Shown here: piece after piece, positions 1 to 12,078 of the stretch
Layout: every line of letters starts with the position of its first letter
Numbering within the stretch: the first letter of the stretch is position 1
DNA from: an uncultured Planctomycetota bacterium
Lineage (GTDB): Bacteria; Planctomycetota; Planctomycetia; Isosphaerales; Isosphaeraceae
Direction of reading: 5' to 3'
NCBI GenBank assembly: GCA_963823665.1
Contig: CAWGMQ010000010.1
Coordinates: 1,632,001-1,696,000 of the forward strand
Length of the DNA: 64,000 nt
Notes under the pieces: generated by a model
The model's database searches: none
What the model was told of the DNA's origin: nothing
The model's input: only the letters and a program-made list of their open reading frames with translations
Position numbers and translations under genes: made by a program

Positions 1-3000
1 GCAACGCGAGGAGGCCCGAGTCAAAAGAGCGAGACGATCGCCCAGGCGGCTCGCCGGCGCGGTAAAGCGCGTCGTACTGTTCGGCGAGCTCCCAGAGCCC
101 GCGCGCGGCGACGAGGTCAATTATCCGCGCGAGGGCTGGTGCGAGACCCAAGAGGACGGCCTGACGCTTGGGCACGCTCTCAGGCAGCTTTTCTAGTGGG
201 GCCAGTCCGAGATTCCAGCGCCCTTTGGCCGCGGCGAGATCGCCGGCTCTAAAGCACGCGTCGCCGATCCTCAATTGAATTGATCGCGCCGCCTGCGCCA
301 GCATGGGCGAGTCGTTGCCCGCCTTTCGCCGGGCTTCGACCTGGACGAGCAAAGCTTCCAGGCGAGACTCGTCGGCAGCCGCTCCGCTCGCATCGATCAG
401 GCCGATCGTCAGCTCTCCCAAAAACCGGTCGTCCTCGAGCCGGCCCGGGCTATGAAGCGGCGAGTCGCTGCGGGTGGCACCGACCTTGGCGGCCGGCGGC
501 TCTTTGGCTGGCCGCCCCATCTCGGCCAAGAGGGACTTGACGTCCTCGCGTACCAGCAGCGGTCTCCAGCCTTGGTCGCTGCGAATCAAGTCAACGCGCT
601 GAAAGCCTTTGGCGGCGGCTGCGCGCAGGTCGGCTACCGCCAGGTCGGCCTCGCGCCGGGCCTCCTCATTCCACGACTTGGTTTCCTTGATGGCGAAGCC
701 GGGCTCGAGCAGGGCAACCAGCCTCACGCGCGAGAATGCCGCAGTGGCCATGGCCACGAGGTCGGCGGCTGGGCTGGTCTCGAGCGTCTCGGCCGCCTGC
801 CGGCCGAACGAGACGGCTTCGGCGGTCCGACCAAGAGTCTGCAAAAACTGACCATTCATCCCGAGCATACTCGCCAGCAAGCCGCGATAAGAGGTGACGT
901 CGGGATTCTCGGCAGATAGCTTGCGAAGGTAGGCGATTCCGTCGGCTGCGATCGACAGCGCTTGCTCGCGGCTACCGAGCTGCCAGGCTCCATTGGCGGC
1001 CTCGGTGTAGCTGCCGGCCAGGTCGGTCGCGAACTCACGATCGTGCGGACGCCGGGCCAGCCCGGCGCGGCCGTATTCGATCGAGCGCCTGCACAGCTCG
1101 AGCGACTCGGCTTGATGACCGCGCTGGCGCAGCACAATTCCGACATTGAGGAACGACTCGCTCAAGCCGTGAAGCAAGTCGGCGTCCTCGGGAATCTCGT
1201 CGGCGAGCTTGAGCCGCAGCTCGAGCGAGCGCCGATAGGCGTCGAGATTCCCTGGGCCCGCCGGGTCTGTAATCGCCAACCCATTGAACGATCGGGATAG
1301 CGCCATGCGAAACCGCGGTTCCGTGGGATGCTCGTCGGCCAGACGCTGGCGGATCACGATCGCTTGCCGGTAGGCCGCGTTCGCGGTGCGCTGGTCGGTC
1401 TGGTAGTCAAGATCGCCGAGGCGGTGCCAGACCTCCGATTTGTGCTCGAGCAGATTGACGTCGCCGTGCCGTGCCGACAAGGTCTTGTCGTAGAGCTCGA
1501 CGGCCCTCTTGAAGGCAGCGCGAGCCTTGTCGCTCTGGGCGAGATCGGCCAGGATTTGCCCAACCCGCGCCTGGGTTGCGGCCAGGTCGGCGACGACGCC
1601 CGGTTCTTCGCCGCCGCGCTGAATGAGTTCCTCGTAGAAGCTCAGTGCCGACTCAAGGAGAACGCGGCGCAAGGGCCGCAGGCCCGGCACGGAGAGAAGC
1701 GTGCTTTCGCTGACCTTGGTGAACGAGTCGTCGACGGCCTTGCGGGCCAGGCCGAGGTTGGCCTGGGCCTCGGCCAGGCTTCTCTGGGCGCGGCTGCGCT
1801 GTGCGTCGGCTTCGATGCGGCGGGCTTCCGCCTCCTTCCCGGCTCGCTCGGCCCGGCGCTGTGCCGCCTCGGCGAGGTTGCGCGAGACCTCGGCGTCTGC
1901 GGCCGCCGCTCGGGCAGCCGCGGCGGTGTTGCGAAACCAGGCGGCCGAGATGAGCGAAGCGACAGAAATTCCCACCAGGAGCAGCGCCGAGAGGAAGAGC
2001 GACGCCGCGAGCCCCTTGTTTCGGCGGGCCCACCGGTAGAGCCGCTCGGAAGCCGAAACGCGCCGGGCCAGGATCGGCCGCCCGTCCAGGAAGCGCAGCA
2101 AGTCGTCGGCCAGCGCCCGTGCGTTTTCGTAGCGCTGGCGTGGGTCGCGGGCGATCGACTTGTGGATGATCGTCTCGAAGTCGTGGGGTACGTGCCGGTT
2201 CAGCTTGCGCAGCCGGGGAGGATCTTCCTGGGTCACCTGGCGGATCAGGCTGGCGCGGTCTGATTCGTTGAACGCCGGCCGCAGCGCGAGCAGCTCATAG
2301 AGAGTGAGTCCCAGCGCATAGAGATCCGCCCTCAGGTCGCCCGAGCCCTGGAACCGTTCCGGTGCCATGTACCGCAACGTGCCGACGATGTCGCCGGTGT
2401 GCGTCAAGTCCTCGCCACCGACCGCCTTGGCCAGCCCGAAGTCGGTCACCCAGACGGTGCCTTCACGATCCAGTAGCAGGTTTGACGGCTTGATGTCGCG
2501 GTGGAGAATGCCTTGCGCATGCGCGTGGGCGAGCGCCTCGGCCACCTGGACCCCTATCCGCGCCACCCCCTGTGCGAATCGCCGGTCGGTCTCGGAGAGG
2601 GTCGATACCGCCGACGTGCTGCTGGCCGCGACAATGTTCCTGTCCGATTGGCTTGCCGAATCCGGCAGACGCGCTGTCGTCACAGTGCTCCATGCTTCCG
2701 TGGCGCTGCGCCTGGCGCCAGGCTCGGCGAGGCGCTGCCGAGCCCGAACCGGCCGGTGACGAGCGACTGGGCGATGTCGGCCGCCGCGGCACGCCCTTTC
2801 GCCGGGCGGTCGGGCAGTGACGGCTCGATCGACTTCGATTCGCGAGCATCGCGCAGCCTCTTCAGCTCGGAGAGTACCGCATCCAGGCCCTGTCCCTGGA
2901 TGAACTGCATGACATAAAAATGCGTGCCTTCGTGCTCGCCGACGCCGAATATCGGTACGATGTTCGTATGATGCAGCCGTGCAGCCGATCGTGCCTCGCG

Positions 3001-3396
3001 CTCGAAACGGCGGATTTGCTTGAGGTCCGTAAGCGCCCCGCTCGGCAGTACCTTGAGAGCCACGCGGCGGCCGAGCGACTCTTGCTCGGCCTCGTACACG
3101 ACCCCCATGCCGCCGCGCCCCACCTCGCGCAAGAGACGGAAGTCCCCGATCCGTCCGGCGGCCGCGCCGACGTTCGCTGCGGCTAAGGCGCCCTGCGACG
3201 ACGTGAGGTCTGAAATCTCGCCGCCGAGCTCCTCCATCATCAATAGCGCCGGGAACAGCGTGAGGATCTCGTCGGCCAGTTCGGGATGCTTGCGGGCATA
3301 TTCCTCAGGCGTCACCGCCTCGCCGCGGCGAATCCGCTCGAGGAACTCTTCAGACAGGACCTCCACCGGGCTCCGATCTGCTCCGCCTGCCGTCAT
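1..3396 (-). CDS. Ser/Thr protein kinase with TM segment and TPR-like C-terminus; frameshifted (about 2710 and further 3'), runs off window edge
   Basis: ORF 2680..3462 has GRGGMGVVY and VALKVL. Another frame continues with HRDIKPSN, DFGLAK and GTLRYMAPE. ATG at 3396 has an upstream GGAAAGG. Confidence 0.85.
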
Positions 3397-3458
3397 GGTC
3401 GACCCTTTCCGGTGTGCGAGTATGCTGGAATCCGCGCACGTTACAAGGGCGCTCGCGA

Positions 3459-4058
3459 TCAATTTGAGGCTCTGCGCTGGAAACGCGGTAGCGACGCCAT
3501 GATCACGCTGATCCGCTTCAAAGCGCGAACGTACGCCTCGCTGGCCTGCGCGCTCGAGATGGAGAGCACGGCGGCGACCTCATCGTTGGTAAGCTGTTCG
3601 CAATGCCGTAGCGTCAGCACTTCGCGGTCGATCGGGTCCATCGCATTGAGCGTTTCCTGGAGCATGATCCTCTGTTCGGCGCGGGCGGCGGCCTGGTCGT
3701 CCTCGCCGCCGCCTTTGCCCAGCAGGTGGGCGGCGAGAGAGACCGACGTCGCCTCCGGCAGCGCGCCTCGGTACAGCGAAATGTCGCCGCGCACGTCGGG
3801 CCCGAGCCGCTCCTGGTGAATGCGTAGCAAGACCCCACCGACGACCTGGCGAAACCAGAGGAAAGAACTGGCTGCCGCCCCGGCCGGCTCGTTGCCGCGG
3901 CGCTCGATCTCTTCGCGGGCCAATTGCAGCACGCCCGAAGAATCGACGATCCCCGTCAGCCGGCGGTCGAGTCGAAGCCGCACCGTGCGCCGCAGGCGAT
4001 CTTTGTAGCGGTCGAACAAGGCCGACACGTCGAACCGTTCGCCGGTGGTGTCGGACAT
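3459..4058 (-). CDS. ECF sigma-70 factor, planctomycete STK-associated type
   Basis: Region 2 RLRRTVRLRLDRRL and region 4 DREVLTLRHCEQLTNDEVAAVL; directly upstream of the kinase. Confidence 0.85.
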   Translation of the reverse strand: MSDTTGERFDVSALFDRYKDRLRRTVRLRLDRRLTGIVDSSGVLQLAREEIERRGNEPAGAAASSFLWFRQVVGGVLLRIHQERLGPDVRGDISLYRGALPEATSVSLAAHLLGKGGGEDDQAAARAEQRIMLQETLNAMDPIDREVLTLRHCEQLTNDEVAAVLSISSAQASEAYVRALKRISVIMASLPRFQRRASN

Positions 4059-4259
4059 CGGAATACCCTGAATTGAACCCAGGAACGCGCGCCTGGATCA
4101 ATCGTACCGCCTTCGCCGCCTTGAGGAAAGCTATAGACAGTGCTCGCGGAGCAGGGGAGTGGGAAGAGCTCAAGCCGCATCAGCTCGAAGCCGCCGAATC
4201 CGTGATTGCCGCCGAGCAGTTTGCCAAGGTTGAGATCCCCAGCCTGGAGCCTCTGCGAT

Positions 4260-4372
4260 GGAAAAGGTGTCAGCCACCTTTCCATGCGTCCAGCTCTCGT
4301 TCCGACGCCCGGCGTCGGAGGTCCGAAGTGACGCTCTGCGTCGACCGACAGAAAAGGTGTCAGCCGATTTTC
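4260..4372. repeat. REP-like doublet GAAAAGGTGTCAGCC with an internal palindrome
   Basis: Copies at 4261 and 4351; TCCGACGCC-C-GGCGTCGGA at 4301-4319. Confidence 0.6.
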
Positions 4373-4395
4373 TGGTTCTGTCCGCAGTCGGGAAG

Positions 4396-5838
4396 TTATT
4401 TCCGGCCCGTATCTTTGAGCTCTCGCTCCAGTTTCTTTTCTTTCGCCACTTCAAGCGACCAGTTCGCCTTCGCGGCTAGCTCCTCCGAGCCGGCCTTATC
4501 AATCTCGCTCTTGAGCTCCTTGATGGTCTTGTCCCGCGTATACTCGACCAGCACCTTCTTGACGGACTGGGCCTGTTCGAGAGAGAACTGGGCCTTCTTG
4601 AGGGCCAGCTCTGCTGAGATCTTCATCGCGGTTGCGCGACCCGATTTTTCCGGCGCCGGATCTGCCTTCTTGAAGGCACCGTCGCCACGGTCGACGTCCG
4701 CTTTGGCAATCTCGATCTGATGCTCGGCAGCAGCCAGCTCGCGCGGATAGATCACATCTTCATATTCCTCGACAGCGATCCCCGCGAGCTGGCGGTTCAG
4801 CGAGGCGATCTCGTACACGACTTTGGCTCGTCGCGTTCTCAGTTGCTGAGCACGCAGGTTTGTCGGGGTCGCGGTGGTTGGTGGTCCCTGCGCCGTCACG
4901 CGTGTCGGCTGCTTCGAGGCTGGCGCTACCTCCTTCGGCTTTGGTTCTTGAGAGCTGCGCAAATAGATCATTGCCCCGCCAGGCACAATTCCCACCGCAA
5001 GGGCACCGATCGCCAGAAACCGAAGTTGATTCCACAACATGCCTCGGACGGCTCCTTGAGTCAGCGAGAGAACCTTTTCCGAAGCGGCAATCGCAGGCAA
5101 CAGCCGGTTTGTCAGCCGCATCGCGGCGCCGACGGTCTTCTGCGACAGCTCCTGGAGCGTCCCCCCTACGGCCGCTTGCCTCATGGACTCGACGGCCGCG
5201 CCGGCAACCGCGAGCCCCACGCCTCGACGCGCCAGTCGATCTCGCACGAGCCCGCGGGCCTGCGATTGGCGGCTTTTGACAGTGCCGATCGGCCAGCCCA
5301 GAAATCGCGCTGCCTCCTGGTGCGTGCGGCCTTCCAAGTCGCAGAGCACCAGCGGCGCGCGATATTTCTCCGGCAAGCGGTTCACTTCCTCGTGAACGGC
5401 GGCATCACGATCGGGGTCGTTCTCTGGTCCGAGTCCCACGACGCGACTCGTGTTCCTCTCGGCTGAGCGCTGCTCGTGTTTGCGCCGCCGGATGATCGTT
5501 GCGCGCAGACAAGCCGCCGTGCGGCAGGCCACTTGATGCAGCCACGGCCCCAGCGAGTCGCGCACCCAGAGCGAGCGCGCCTTGCGCACCAGCACCAGAA
5601 ACGTGGCCTGGAACGCATCCTCGGCCTCATGCTCCTCGCGCAGGACGGCCAGGCAGACGCGCCACACCATCGCCTCGTGCCGCTCGACGAGAGCCGCGAA
5701 AGCCAGCTCGGCCACCTCGTCGCCGTCGGTTGCAAATCGTTCCAAGAGCTGGCCGTCGGTCAGCGTTCCCATAGTCCCTACGTCGTAGAGACCCTGGAGC
5801 TGACGAAGGATGCCGCGCTCCCGGCGTCTGACTCTCAC
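4396..5838 (-). CDS. ECF sigma-70 factor with long C-terminal extension (TM plus coiled coil)
   Basis: TDGQLLERF, EAEDAFQATFLVL, LPEKYRAPLVLCDLEG and GWPIGTVKSR motifs. Confidence 0.92.
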   Translation of the reverse strand: MRVRRRERGILRQLQGLYDVGTMGTLTDGQLLERFATDGDEVAELAFAALVERHEAMVWRVCLAVLREEHEAEDAFQATFLVLVRKARSLWVRDSLGPWLHQVACRTAACLRATIIRRRKHEQRSAERNTSRVVGLGPENDPDRDAAVHEEVNRLPEKYRAPLVLCDLEGRTHQEAARFLGWPIGTVKSRQSQARGLVRDRLARRGVGLAVAGAAVESMRQAAVGGTLQELSQKTVGAAMRLTNRLLPAIAASEKVLSLTQGAVRGMLWNQLRFLAIGALAVGIVPGGAMIYLRSSQEPKPKEVAPASKQPTRVTAQGPPTTATPTNLRAQQLRTRRAKVVYEIASLNRQLAGIAVEEYEDVIYPRELAAAEHQIEIAKADVDRGDGAFKKADPAPEKSGRATAMKISAELALKKAQFSLEQAQSVKKVLVEYTRDKTIKELKSEIDKAGSEELAAKANWSLEVAKEKKLERELKDTGRK

Positions 5839-6173
5839 CGTGTGTTCTCCGCAGCCAGCAACCCCGTCTTCCTCGCGGGATCGCGCTTGACCATTTCATC
5901 ATAATGTGACGAGCGACCCGATTGGTTCTAGATTTTCGCCGCGCCGCTCGAGGAACAGGCCGGAACTCACTTCCCGGCTCGCCGCATTTCCAAAGTAGTA
6001 GGCACACTCCGTGTGCCGTTCACCAGTTACGGCACACGGAGTTTGCCTACTTCGAAGAGTCGCCCCCGACGTCAACCGGGGAATTTATTTCCGGCCTGTT
6101 CCTGAGCACCCGCGCGCTGGATGTCAGTCCCTCGCCCTGACATCTCCCAGAACGACCACTCTCCAGCGCAAGG

Positions 6174-8216
6174 TCAGTGTTTTCCGCCCAGATCCCAGAT
6201 CAAAATCGACGTATCCAGCAATCCCGCGGCAATTCGCTTGCCGTCCGGCGTGAACGCCACCGACTCGATCCAGGGACAGGGGGAGTCGAATGTCTCCAGC
6301 TCTGCCTTGTCTCGCAGCCGGAAGACGCGCATCATCCCCCGCTCGGGGTGAAACATCAGGATGCCGGCGGCGACGGCTGTTCCGTCCGGAGAAAACGCCA
6401 GGCATTTGACTGTGGACTCAGGCACGTCAAGCTCGCGGCGCACTCGCCCCGTCTGGCTGTCAAGCCAGAGAATCGTGCTGGTCGCGGTCGTGTTGTCAAC
6501 GCTGATCTCCCGGTTGGCGAGCTCAAACCGCCTGCCGACTCCGCGCCTGGCGATCGCCAGGCTCCGGCCATCGGGCGCGAACGCGCACGCACTGTAGCGC
6601 AACGAAGACGAAGTTGTGAATCGCGGTTTGCCGCTGCCGATGTCCACCACCTGCACGTCGCCTTCGGCGCGCAATGCAACCGATTGGCCGTCACCGGAGA
6701 AGACGACGTCGTTTACCTCGCTTAACCGTTTTCCCCCGTTGGGCACGGGTTGATTTCCTCCGGTTCGATTGTCCCACAGTCGAACCGAGCCATCGCTGAG
6801 CGCCGCGATGACGGATTTGTCGTTCCTGGAAAGCCTCACTCCGCGCAGGATTGCACGGTCCGCAAACCAGGCTCGAATGAGTTCACCGCTCTTCAGATTC
6901 CACAGCCGGACGGAACCCCATCCCGGATACGACTCGCCCGCCGCGACGAGCAAGCCATCCGTGGATAAACAGAGCGATCGTATCCAGCCGGTGTGCGGTA
7001 GGACTCTTGTCTGCCGCCCTGTCGCCAGATCCCAGACCCGCACAGTCCGGTCGTCGCTTCCCGAGATGAGCGTCTTGCCGTCGGGGCGGAATGCCAGGGC
7101 TCCCACGCCGCCTGAGTGCGCATCGGGAGTCGCCAGGCGGTCGGTGGCTGTCGCCAGATCCCAGAAATGAAGGGACTGTCGCTCACTCGTGGTCGCGAAC
7201 GTTTTTCCGTCCGGTGAAAACGACATCGGCCCGTCCACGCGAACAGTCATGAACCGATCCAGCAAGTTTTCCGTCGCGACGTCGAAGACCACCGGCGGGC
7301 TTCCATTGCCGGTTGCAGCCATCGTGCTCCCATCCGGTGTGAAAGCAAGATACTGTGCGATTGTCGTCTCCGGCCTGCTCAATTTCCGGACGAGCTTGCC
7401 GTCGCTGAGGCGCCAGAAGCGAATGTCCGTTCCGCCCCCCGAGATGCCCGCCGCAAGCGTTTCTCCGTCCGGCGAGAACTTAACAGAGATTGCGCGTCCC
7501 TCGCCTTCGATCGTGATGACGCGGGCGTCCCGCCGGCGCCCGATATCCCAGATGCGAACCGTGTGGTCACTCGTGATTGCGATCAGGTTGCTCACGGCGC
7601 CGGGAGAGAACGCGATTGTGAGGCGAGTCTGTTCCGCCATGCGCTCCTCGTGCAAGATTTGAGCAGTGGCGGCATCGCGAACACGGAGAATCCCCTCGTA
7701 ACTTGTCGTCACCACAAAGCGTCCGTCCGGAGAGAACAGCACGTTCTCGTCTTCGGACCTCCCGCCGATCTCGACTTCACGAATCGGCCGCCCCGACTGT
7801 CGATCCGTGAAGGTAAGCAGACTCGCGACCGTGTTCCGCTTCGCGTCGTACTGAAAACCCACCGCCGCAATCGTTTTCCCATCCGGCGAGCAAGCGAAAT
7901 CACGCAAAGTTTCGACCCGGACGTCGAGCGAGCGCAAGTTCTTTCCATCGCGAGCGTCCCATATCTGAAGATGACGGCTCTCGTTGTCGGTCATCACCAA
8001 CTGACCGTCCGGCGAATAAACAACGTGCTTGATGAAGGGGGCGTGGCGGAAGCGAACGGTTCCCAAACGCATCGTCGCCCCACGCGGCATTGGGTCGCCG
8101 TAGCGGTCGTTCAGCGTGTGCCTCACACCATTGATTGGAGAATCATCCGCCCACGCGAGCGCTCCATGCACCACCAAAAGCACGGTTGCGAATTGAGCAC
8201 GAAGTCGGAGCATCAT
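6174..8216 (-). CDS. Exported WD40-repeat protein
   Basis: Signal peptide, DRYGDPMPRGATMRLGT, many FSPDG...WD repeats. Confidence 0.9.
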   Translation of the reverse strand: MMLRLRAQFATVLLVVHGALAWADDSPINGVRHTLNDRYGDPMPRGATMRLGTVRFRHAPFIKHVVYSPDGQLVMTDNESRHLQIWDARDGKNLRSLDVRVETLRDFACSPDGKTIAAVGFQYDAKRNTVASLLTFTDRQSGRPIREVEIGGRSEDENVLFSPDGRFVVTTSYEGILRVRDAATAQILHEERMAEQTRLTIAFSPGAVSNLIAITSDHTVRIWDIGRRRDARVITIEGEGRAISVKFSPDGETLAAGISGGGTDIRFWRLSDGKLVRKLSRPETTIAQYLAFTPDGSTMAATGNGSPPVVFDVATENLLDRFMTVRVDGPMSFSPDGKTFATTSERQSLHFWDLATATDRLATPDAHSGGVGALAFRPDGKTLISGSDDRTVRVWDLATGRQTRVLPHTGWIRSLCLSTDGLLVAAGESYPGWGSVRLWNLKSGELIRAWFADRAILRGVRLSRNDKSVIAALSDGSVRLWDNRTGGNQPVPNGGKRLSEVNDVVFSGDGQSVALRAEGDVQVVDIGSGKPRFTTSSSLRYSACAFAPDGRSLAIARRGVGRRFELANREISVDNTTATSTILWLDSQTGRVRRELDVPESTVKCLAFSPDGTAVAAGILMFHPERGMMRVFRLRDKAELETFDSPCPWIESVAFTPDGKRIAAGLLDTSILIWDLGGKH

Positions 8217-8625
8217 TCGATTCCCTCCGCCTTGTTGGTAACGCGCCTCCGACGCAGAGAGCCAGCGAGTCGTGTCACAATTCTTCCGTGCGATTTCATT
8301 TTTGTTGGATGCAGCGTATCATTAATGGATGCAGTCGTTTCTCGTCGCCGGCGGTCTGAGAGTGTCATCTTGGCGTTCCGGCGCGGTCAAACGCGGGTTT
8401 CTGGCGGTCGAATTCCCGAAACGGGGCCTGCGCCTCGAATTCTTATGATAAACTTTCGGATGGTCCGTTCGAGGTCGAGAATCCGTATCCGCCGTTCAGG
8501 AAGAGCTTTTCGTCATGGGCAGACCGTCCTGGCCAGGCACGCGCACCATCCCCTCGTAGTGACGGGCGAGGAAATTGCATGCAACGACGTATACAGCCTT
8601 ACATTTGACAGCCTGGGAGGTTCGG

Positions 8626-11600
8626 ATGGCGATTTCGTTCTCGCTTCGTGATTGGGCCGCTGGGCGCGGCTTGCGCGGTTCCTTGCGTTGGAGCAGCCGC
8701 AGTCGGTCGAAGCGGCAACTGATCCTCGAGGGGCTCGAGGATCGGATCACTCTGACGACCGACGTTTGGACGGGCGCCGCGGCAGCGGCGCAGCAAGACT
8801 ACAGTTGGTCGAACGCCAATAACTGGTCGGACAAGGCTCCGCAGAGCGGCCAGGATCTGATTTTCCCAACTGCAACCGGCTCGACCTTTGTACCGGTGGT
8901 GCCGATCCTTAACGATCTCGCGAACATGACGTTCAGCTCGATCGAGATCGACGCCGCGGGCTACACGATCGGCGGCGATGCAATCAGTTTGAGCTCGGCC
9001 ATGCCACTCATCGCGAATTACGCGGGCATCTCGGCATACAACATCAACACGAATCTGGGAGCCAACGACGGTGTCTCGGTCGCCGCCGGCGGTGATCTCG
9101 ATATCAATGGGATCGTCACTGGCAGCAAAGGCCTCGACCTGACGGGCGGCGGCACGATCAGCGGAACGGGTCAGGTGCCCACGCTGACGGTCGAAGGGAG
9201 CGCCGTTCAGCCCGGAACTCTCGGCGTCGGCAAGCTTTCCGTCGACGGAATCGCCGCTTTTGATTCGGCCAGCACGTTCTCGACAAACATCACCGGGCCA
9301 GCGACCTATGGCACGCTCTTCACGACCGGTAGCACGATTTCCCCGGTGACCCTTCTTGACCCTACTCTCACGGCCACGGTCGCCGCGGGTTACAACCCCA
9401 CGCCGGGGACTTCGTTCACGATCATCCAGGGGGCAGTCGTCGGTGGGTTCAACACGCTACCCGAGGGGTCGTATTACACGCCCACCGCCGGCGGACCAAC
9501 TTTCCAGGTGACGTATGATTCGGGTGTCGTGTTGACCGCCGTCGTGCCCACGACGCTCTCGCTCAGCGTGCGGAGCGGCAACTCGACAAGCGTCTTCGGC
9601 CAAAGTGTGACTTTCACCGCCACGATCAGTGGCACCGGCGGCACACCGACGGGAACGGTGACGTTCGACAACAACGGCGTCCCGATTGGTACCCCCGTGA
9701 ATGTGGGCCTAGGCGGAGTCACGTCGCTCACGACCTCGCAGCTCCCCGTCGGTACGGATGCGATCACCGCCACTTACAGCGGCGATACCAGGTTCACCTC
9801 CAGCACCGCGACGGCAATCGTTCAGACGGTCGACGAGGATTCGACCGTCACGACCGTCAGCTCGACGGCGAATCCCAGCGCGATCGGCCAGAACGTGACC
9901 TTCACCGCGAAGGTGACGCCCGTTTCGCCTGGGGGAGGAACGCCGACCGGTACAGTCACGTTTTACGATGGCACCACCCCGCTGACCGCGGTCTTGCTCG
10001 CTGGCGGCGTGGCCACGTACCCGACCTCCACACTCACCATGGGGCTCCACCCCATATCCGTCGTCTACGACGGCGACGACAACTTCCTCGGCAGTGTCTC
10101 GACAACGCTTAACCAGAATGTCAACCGGTCGATCTCGACCACGACGATCGCCTCGTCGGTCAACCCCAGCACGTTCGGACAAGGCGTGACGTTCACCGCC
10201 CTGGTGGCGGCCTCCGGCGGCGCGAGCGGGACGCCGACCGGCTCGGTCACGTTCTTCGACGGCATAACATCCCTGGCGACGGAGCCGCTCGATGGCGACA
10301 TTGCCATGTACTCCACGACGAGCCTTTCGCGCGGCAGTCACCAGATCACTGCGCAGTACATTGGCGATTCCCAGTTCGCCGCCAGCACTTCGGCCGTCGT
10401 CTCCCAGGCCGTGAACCAGGCGAACACAACGACCGCGGTCACGCCGTCGCCCGCCGCGAGCAACCCGGGCCAGAGCGTGACGTTCACGGCACTGGTCATG
10501 CCCACCGCGCCCGGAAACGGCGTGCCAACCGGTGGGGTCACATTCTATGACGGCTCGACCCAGATCGGCAGCACGACGAACTTGAGTTCCGGCAGTGCCA
10601 GCGTCTCGGTATCGGACCTCGCGGTGGGCAGCCATTCCATCACGGCCGATTATGCGGGAGACGGTGTCGACTTCGTTGGCAGCATCTCGAACCCGGTCAT
10701 CGAGCTTGTCGGCGGCACCACGGTTGCCCTGCTCGCGTCGAATAACCCCATCACATTCGGCCAGAGCGTGACCTTCACCGCAACGGTCGCGGCTGCCGCG
10801 GCAGGCAGCAGTGTGCCGACCGGATCGGTCACCTTCATGGACGGCACCCAGTCCCTGGGCACGTTCACCCTCAACGACTCGGGTGCCGCCAGCTTGACCA
10901 CAGCGAGCCTGAGCGGCGGCACACACGCGATCACGGCGGTCTACGGAGGTGCCACTGACTTCGCCGCGAACACGTCGAGCGAGACCGACGAGATCGTGAA
11001 CCAGGCGACCACGACCACGACGGTTTCTCCATCGGTGAAGGAGAGCACCTTCGGCCAGACCGTGACTTTCACCGCGACCGTCACGGGATTCGTGGGGTCG
11101 CCCGCCGGCTCGGTGACATTCACGGACGGGAACAAGATCCTGGCGACTGTCCCTGTCAATGCGGCTGGTGTCGCGGTGTACTCGTCGAGCACGCTCGCAG
11201 TCGGATTGCATACCCTTGGCTTCGCGTATGGCGGGACCGCGTCCTACGCTCCCTCTTCCCCAAGCTCCACTCTGGCTTTCACCGTCAGCCAGGCATCGAC
11301 GACGATGGTCTTGACGAGTTCATCGGCCACGCCATTAGTGGGCCAGCCGGTGACCTTCACGGCAACAATCGCGCCCGGCGCGGGCTCTCCCACAGGCGTG
11401 GTGGCCTTCAGCGACGGTTCGTCCGTGATCGGCACCGTGCCGGTTTCCGGCGGCGTAGCATCGCTGACCGTCGCATTCCCCGCGGCCGGAGTGTCGCACG
11501 TGATTGTGGCCTCGTATGAAGGCAGCACGGACTATGCTTCGAGCGATTCGACGGGCGACACAGTCAGCGTCGCGCAAGCAACGCCCACCGCGACCTTGAT

Positions 11601-11892
11601 CGTCATTCCCAAATTCGTGCGCAAGACGGCCAAGAGCGTGACGTTGGAAGTTTCGGTGCCGGCGGAGTTCGTCGGCGGCCCTGTGCCGACTGGATCCGTC
11701 ACGTTCGACATCGGCAAGCGCAAGTTGCGGACCGTGCACCTGGTCAACGGCTCGGCGTCTGTCGTGGTCGCCGTGGGCAAGGTGACCGGGCAAAGCGTCG
11801 TCGGGCGTTATCTTGGCGATACGAACTACGCGCCGGCGGCATCGAGCACGGTGCATGTCACGAAGAAGCTTCTCAAATCCAAGCCGGCGTGA
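8626..11892 (+). CDS. Extracellular Ig-like (group 3) repeat protein
   Basis: LEGLEDRITL motif; about 8 repeats of GQSVTFTATV...PTGTVTF..G...H.ITA.Y.GD; GGAGG RBS at 8616. Confidence 0.9.
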   Translation: MAISFSLRDWAAGRGLRGSLRWSSRSRSKRQLILEGLEDRITLTTDVWTGAAAAAQQDYSWSNANNWSDKAPQSGQDLIFPTATGSTFVPVVPILNDLANMTFSSIEIDAAGYTIGGDAISLSSAMPLIANYAGISAYNINTNLGANDGVSVAAGGDLDINGIVTGSKGLDLTGGGTISGTGQVPTLTVEGSAVQPGTLGVGKLSVDGIAAFDSASTFSTNITGPATYGTLFTTGSTISPVTLLDPTLTATVAAGYNPTPGTSFTIIQGAVVGGFNTLPEGSYYTPTAGGPTFQVTYDSGVVLTAVVPTTLSLSVRSGNSTSVFGQSVTFTATISGTGGTPTGTVTFDNNGVPIGTPVNVGLGGVTSLTTSQLPVGTDAITATYSGDTRFTSSTATAIVQTVDEDSTVTTVSSTANPSAIGQNVTFTAKVTPVSPGGGTPTGTVTFYDGTTPLTAVLLAGGVATYPTSTLTMGLHPISVVYDGDDNFLGSVSTTLNQNVNRSISTTTIASSVNPSTFGQGVTFTALVAASGGASGTPTGSVTFFDGITSLATEPLDGDIAMYSTTSLSRGSHQITAQYIGDSQFAASTSAVVSQAVNQANTTTAVTPSPAASNPGQSVTFTALVMPTAPGNGVPTGGVTFYDGSTQIGSTTNLSSGSASVSVSDLAVGSHSITADYAGDGVDFVGSISNPVIELVGGTTVALLASNNPITFGQSVTFTATVAAAAAGSSVPTGSVTFMDGTQSLGTFTLNDSGAASLTTASLSGGTHAITAVYGGATDFAANTSSETDEIVNQATTTTTVSPSVKESTFGQTVTFTATVTGFVGSPAGSVTFTDGNKILATVPVNAAGVAVYSSSTLAVGLHTLGFAYGGTASYAPSSPSSTLAFTVSQASTTMVLTSSSATPLVGQPVTFTATIAPGAGSPTGVVAFSDGSSVIGTVPVSGGVASLTVAFPAAGVSHVIVASYEGSTDYASSDSTGDTVSVAQATPTATLIVIPKFVRKTAKSVTLEVSVPAEFVGGPVPTGSVTFDIGKRKLRTVHLVNGSASVVVAVGKVTGQSVVGRYLGDTNYAPAASSTVHVTKKLLKSKPA

Positions 11893-12078
11893 TCAATCAG
11901 GACGGGTCTTGGATTGACGGCAGGTTCTCGTTCGGCATCGATTTCATTGGGTCCCTGGCGCACATCGACCAGCCGGTCATCACGGCGTCGCGGGGAAGCG
12001 CCCGCGCGAACCGCGAGAGCTTGCGGTGTGTCGTGGGAAGCTAGAGTTTCCCTCACGCCCATAGTGGAGATCCAGCTC

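Noticed and set aside
280..2263. Long plus-strand ORFs (452..919, 1328..2263)
   Set aside because: Antisense shadows of the minus-strand kinase in GC-rich DNA; the same applies to 9709..11211, 50761..52035, 54287..55651 and 61927..63078.
6040..6095. Fifth copy of the shared promoter motif (A-tract, GTTG...CGAAGT on the minus strand)
   Set aside because: Spacing is 3 nt shorter and the core is unrelated; at most a different ECF promoter.
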